From Octopus sinensis (lineage: Eukaryota), in contig NW_021826888.1 of the NCBI RefSeq assembly GCF_006345805.1, positions 1 to 11,725 of the forward strand: a stretch of 11,725 bases of DNA. The letters are read 5' to 3'. Both the position numbers and the translations under genes were made by a program. Positions 7,477 through 11,725 of this stretch are shown here, piece after piece. The first letter of the stretch is position 1; each line of letters begins with the position of its first letter. The notes beneath the pieces are model-generated. The model was not told the origin of the DNA. It did not search any database and worked only from the letters and a program-made list of their open reading frames with translations.

Positions 7477-8130
7477 CTACAAGGTTGTGAGATAAATTCG
7501 TTCGTTTCTTTTTCTATTTCGCACGCCAACCTCACATGTCTGAAAAGAGATAGAATTTATACAAATTTCAAAAACTATAAACAATAAGTTGTAGAGGAAG
7601 AATAAAACTACTACAAAACTCCATAAAACACTACGAAGAAAAAATATTTTTCGCATAATTCCAATAACATTCAAAATGACTAAAATACAAATAGGGAAAA
7701 ACACCAGTATTTTGGCTGCGTTTTTTCTTCTTCTGAAATTCAGAAATACAGAAAATAGGTTTTCTTGAAACGTAAAAGATGTTTCGTTTATTATATGACG
7801 TATCATAATAATATATCATAGATATGTCAGGCACTGATTTACTAACAAATATTTTGGTCTTCTGCTTCTTATGACGTGAAATGCAATAGTTTTCTTGGAA
7901 ACACTGTATATTTCTATCAATCCAAGGATGAAAAACCAACAGTTTTTGGTTGAATATCCTTCCATAGTTTTAAGACGATTATTGTCTACAGTGCTTACAT
8001 GCAGTACAATAGCAGAAAATATGTAATTATTGTATACAGTGCTCACATGCATGACAATAGCAGAAAATGTTAGCTCCATAGTTTAAAGACAATATCGGAA
8101 GGTCATCATATCCTTGACCTTAGTCTGAAT
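7477..8130 (-). other. Possible decayed coding segment, product unidentified (hydrophobic stretches)
   Basis: Strong minus-strand acceptor (TTTTTTGTTTTTTTTAG, AG at 8132-8131); one frame runs about 218 codons with two internal stops; no family recognised. Confidence 0.25.
7978..8070. repeat. 48-bp tandem duplication
   Basis: attattgtctacagtgcttacatgcagtacaatagcagaaaat vs attattgtatacagtgctcacatgcatgacaatagcagaaaat. Confidence 0.92.
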
Positions 8131-8463
8131 CTAAAAAAAACAAAAAACCCCAAAATCACTAATTACCTTATATATTTATTTCCGTTGCTTCTTTGCATGT
8201 TAGTTGTTGTTGAATAGTTCCAGTCAGTTCGAATCAAGTTAGAATGGTTCAATCTATTATAAGGACCATTCTGACCATGGGTATTTCATTTTTAGTAGGA
8301 TGGTGATCAAGGAATACGGTATTTAATGTGTCCTTTATTTTTTAAGATGATGTGGGGTTCTAGATTAAAAGAAAGACTGCCATTCCAAGCATCTGGAACA
8401 ACCAATAAAAGCGCCTTCATCTGCTCCTGCGCAAGCGGCTTTCATATAATGGTTTCAACTTTT

Positions 8464-8663
8464 CACAGCAGGCTAGCAAGTTCAGGGGAGGGGTAGGCCG
8501 AGTATACCGACTACAATGCTCAATTGGTATTTATTTCATCGATCCCGAAAGGATGAAAGGCAAAGTCGACCTCGGTAGAATTTGAACTCAGAATATAATG
8601 ACGGACGAAATGCCGATAAGTATTTTATCCGGCGTGCTAACGATTCTGCCAGCTCGCCGCCTT
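8464..8663 (-). mobile_element. tRNA-derived SINE family B
   Basis: Minus strand: AAGGCGGCGAGCTGGCAGAATCG (A-box), GAGTTCAAATTC (B-box), central GACTTTGCCTTTCATCCTTTCGGGATCGAT; 3' boundary approximate. Confidence 0.88.
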
Positions 8664-8670
8664 AGATTCA

Positions 8671-9107
8671 TTTACTCTTTTACTCTTTTTACTCTTTTAC
8701 TCGTTTCAGTCATTTTGACTGCGGCCATGCTGGAGCACCGACTTTAGTCGAGCAAATCGACCCCAGGACTAACTTTTTGTAAGCCTAGTACTTATTCTAT
8801 CGGTCTCTTTTGCCGAACCGCTAGGTACGGGGACGCAAACACACCACAATCGGTTTCTCAAGCGATGTTGGGGGGGGGGACAAACACAAACACACAAACA
8901 TACACACACATACATACATATATATATGTATATATGCATATATACGACGGGCTTCTTTCAGTTTCCGTCTACCAAATCCACTCACAAGGCTTTGATCGGC
9001 CCTAGGCTATAGTAGAAGACACTTGCCCAAGGTGCCCCGCAGTGGGAATGAACCCGGAACCATGTGGTTGGTAAGCTAGCTTCTTACCACACAGCCACTC
9101 TTGCGCC
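8671..9107 (-). mobile_element. SINE family A, copy 4 (full length)
   Basis: Minus-strand head GGCGCAAGAGTGGCTGTGTGG, B-box GGTTCATTCCC, internal microsatellite 8881-8944, tail read as (TTTTACTC)n on plus. Confidence 0.94.
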
Positions 9108-9686
9108 ATTTATTAACTTTGTTTTTTATTACTAGTCTTCTGAATGAAGATAAACATTCCTTCTCACCCAATAACTTCTTTACTTTCATTCGGCAAAAAA
9201 AAAAAAAAAAAATGAGGCCCTGGATTTATTTTGCAAAGCTTACATATCTCAAGCAAGTCATTGATTTATTCTTGTCATTACATTATCCTTGCCAATAAGA
9301 AATCTCGGGCTTAAAGATAGGAAATTATTGGGATTAGATACTTCTCTTTCAACCACAAGAAATCTCGCTAAAATGCTCTTCCCTATCATCATAACCCTTT
9401 AGATATTCCCTTTTAATGTATTTTAATTTGCTGTACTTCAACCCCAAACGGCAATTCCATAAAATTTACAGCTTAGTTATCTCAGATTATTTCATTTACG
9501 GGAAAGAATTCGGCCATTTATTGGAAATATGTTTGTTGCATGGTTAAACTTCTTCGGAGAGCTTTGATGCCGGGACTTCTCTAAGAGTGGTGAAGAGAAA
9601 ATCAATTTCATTTTTAGATGATAATTTAGTAACTTTCGAAATCCACCGGAGATTTAATATTGGCTGCAATTTCTTTCTATAACACC

Positions 9687-9864
9687 ATACACACACGCAC
9701 ACACGCACACACACATGCACACACACACACACGCGCACACACACATACACATATGTATTTATGTAATATATATATGTATATATGTGTATGTAACATATAT
9801 ATATATATGTACAAATATATACGTATATATATATATTATATATATATTATTATACATATACATA

Positions 9865-9909
<45 letters not shown>

Positions 9910-10022
9910 ATATATATATTACATATATATATTATATATATATATGCATATATGCATGTATATATATATATATATATATATATATTAATATATATATGTG
10001 TGTGTGTGTGTGTGTGTATGTG
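9687..10022. repeat. Compound (CA)n-(TA)n-(TG)n microsatellite
   Basis: Explains ORFs 9544..9750, 9660..10145 and 9715..10110. Confidence 0.96.
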
Positions 10023-10381
10023 TACACACTCTCACAGACACATATGTATATATCTGTGTTTGAATGTATGTGTGCTTATTTTCGTTTGTTCGAAGCATCA
10101 GGAAATTTGAAAATAAATCCTTTTAAGAAAAGCGAATTCAAATAAAGTTGCAAATAAATGATAACGCATAAAATAGTGGGCAAAATACCCCGTAGACAGG
10201 AAAGAGTGGAAAGAATCCAGTGCAAGTATGTAATCACGGTGTCATGGCCACTACACCAAGGAAGAGATGACAACTATCTATAATCAAATTAGTAACCTCT
10301 TTCTGTACAGGCGAGAAGTGAAGAAATAATTTCCTTTGATTTGTTTAAAAGTTGCGAAATTTGAAAATAAAATCTAGACAT

Positions 10382-10463
10382 GTTTATGTGTACTTACATG
10401 TATGTATGTATGTATGTATGTATGTATGTATGTATGTATGTATGTATGTATGTATGTACGTAC

Positions 10464-10494
<31 letters not shown>

Positions 10495-10532
10495 TGTATG
10501 TATGTATGTATGTATTTATCTATCTATTTATG

Positions 10533-10575
<43 letters not shown>
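10382..10575. repeat. (TATG)n followed by (TA)n
   Basis: Tetranucleotide then dinucleotide run. Confidence 0.97.
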
Positions 10576-10577
<2 letters not shown>

Positions 10578-10679
10578 CGTAAATATATAAGAAGGCGAAT
10601 ATTCTTAGAAATTTCACTACCAGTGGCCTAGCACGTATAAAAAGTCAATAGACAACATATTCTCAATATAAAATAGTAT

Positions 10680-10731
10680 ACAAGAGAAAACTATCTTTAA
10701 CAATTACCTGTTAAAGGTAGTTTTCTCTTGT
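10680..10731. repeat. Short inverted repeat, 23-bp arms, 6-nt loop
   Basis: ACAAGAGAAAACTATCTTTAACA-ATTACC-TGTTAAAGGTAGTTTTCTCTTGT; single T/G mismatch. Confidence 0.93.
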
Positions 10732-10754
10732 GTTTAATGAAATATTTAAATTGA

Positions 10755-10779
10755 GTATATATATATATAACTATATATA

Positions 10780-10824
<45 letters not shown>
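10755..10824. repeat. (TA)n microsatellite
   Basis: TA run. Confidence 0.95.
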
Positions 10825-10826
<2 letters not shown>

Positions 10827-11134
10827 AATGTGAGGATAAAATTCTTTTCGAAAAAAAAAATATTTACTCGAAAAAATTTTTATCAATGGCCAGCATATTA
10901 AAAAATACCTTTAACGGTTAAATTTATAAACAATTCATAAATGAGGGCAAAGGAAACAATTCTAATGCCAAATATGCGAAAAATTCGACATATTGTCCAT
11001 TAACCATATAATTTTTGGACATATTCGAGTAGCGTGCGTATTGTCAAAAAAACTATATGGTTAATGGACAATATGTCCAATTTTTCGGCATATTTGGCAT
11101 TAGAATTTTTTTCCTTTGCCCTTATTTATGAATT
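10825..11134. mobile_element. Second palindromic element (inverted arms 10932-11134) with unmirrored left tail, flanked by (TA)n
   Basis: Outer ~80-bp arms match with about 3 substitutions and 2 indels; weaker pairing continues inward to a ~15-nt centre. Mobile-element status is inferred from layout. Confidence 0.6.
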
Positions 11135-11276
11135 AATATATATATATATATATATATATAATTATATGTATGTAGTAGGTATTTATGTATGTATGTATAT
11201 ATATATATAATATATATATATATATATAGTATATATATATATAGATATATATAATATATACATATATATATCATAC

Positions 11277-11347
<71 letters not shown>

Positions 11348-11370
11348 AGTGTATGTCTGTGTGTTTGTGC
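11135..11370. repeat. (TA)n-rich microsatellite grading into TG
   Basis: Low-complexity tract. Confidence 0.96.
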
Positions 11371-11632
11371 GTGCACCGAGAAAGCTAATTTGAAGACTAC
11401 AGATCCAATCCATCACTGGAACTGTAAAAATCTGCAAAACTTTCCAGGAGTTTATCATTTAGATATATATGAGCATATCTAGATATATAATTATATGCAT
11501 GAGAATATATACATAAAACATACATACAAACAAAAATGCCCCTCAAAAATACCCTGTTGTTGATGTTGAAATTTCAATGAAGGAATTGGTTCTTTCTCTA
11601 TTGGCAAGAAATCTTTAAATAAACTGAATAAT

Positions 11633-11664
11633 GACATACATACATACATACATACATACATACA

Positions 11665-11695
<31 letters not shown>

Positions 11696-11721
11696 TACAT
11701 GTATGCGTATATGCATGCATG
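11633..11721. repeat. (CATA)n microsatellite
   Basis: Tetranucleotide run. Confidence 0.96.
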
Positions 11722-11725
11722 CGCC

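Noticed and set aside
7398-7486. Possible plus-strand exon (TTTCCTTCAG acceptor, GTGAGA donor)
   Set aside because: Splice-like motifs alone with no recognisable peptide; not supportable.
9297-9367. 11-bp repeat AAGAAATCTCG spaced 60 bp apart
   Set aside because: Only two units and a short match; not a CRISPR or array.
9544-9690. Non-repetitive tail of ORF 9544..9750
   Set aside because: Short, begins in a microsatellite, no recognisable family.
10932-11134. Hammerhead within the second palindrome
   Set aside because: GAAA is present, but no core with G5/A6 and no matching stem I could be built on either strand.
1-11725. Prokaryotic features (CRISPR, operons, rRNA, true tRNA genes)
   Set aside because: None seen; tRNA-like boxes belong to SINE heads and the sequence is eukaryotic in character.

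Overview
AT-rich, microsatellite-dense eukaryotic DNA with no intact protein-coding gene; nearly all listed ORFs are translations of simple repeats or antisense SINE sequence. The repeat content resembles octopus (cephalopod) intronic/intergenic DNA, inferred from recalled SINE families and not from a search. It holds four copies of a ~400-bp tRNA-derived SINE (family A), a second tRNA-derived SINE (family B; one near-complete copy, one head) and a 545-bp non-autonomous hAT (Charlie/Buster-like) transposon with a transposase remnant. Several short repeat fragments abut (TA)n runs. The main hidden signal is seven minimal type I hammerhead ribozyme (HHR)-like motifs in these fragments, typical of Penelope-like retroelement termini. 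Two lie on opposite strands of a 291-bp near-perfect palindrome and carry the unusual G3-C8 swap of the core C3-G8 pair; another has U3-A8. A second 203-bp palindrome of the same layout, a 23-bp-arm hairpin and a possibly decayed coding segment (minus strand, ~6450-8130) are also present.
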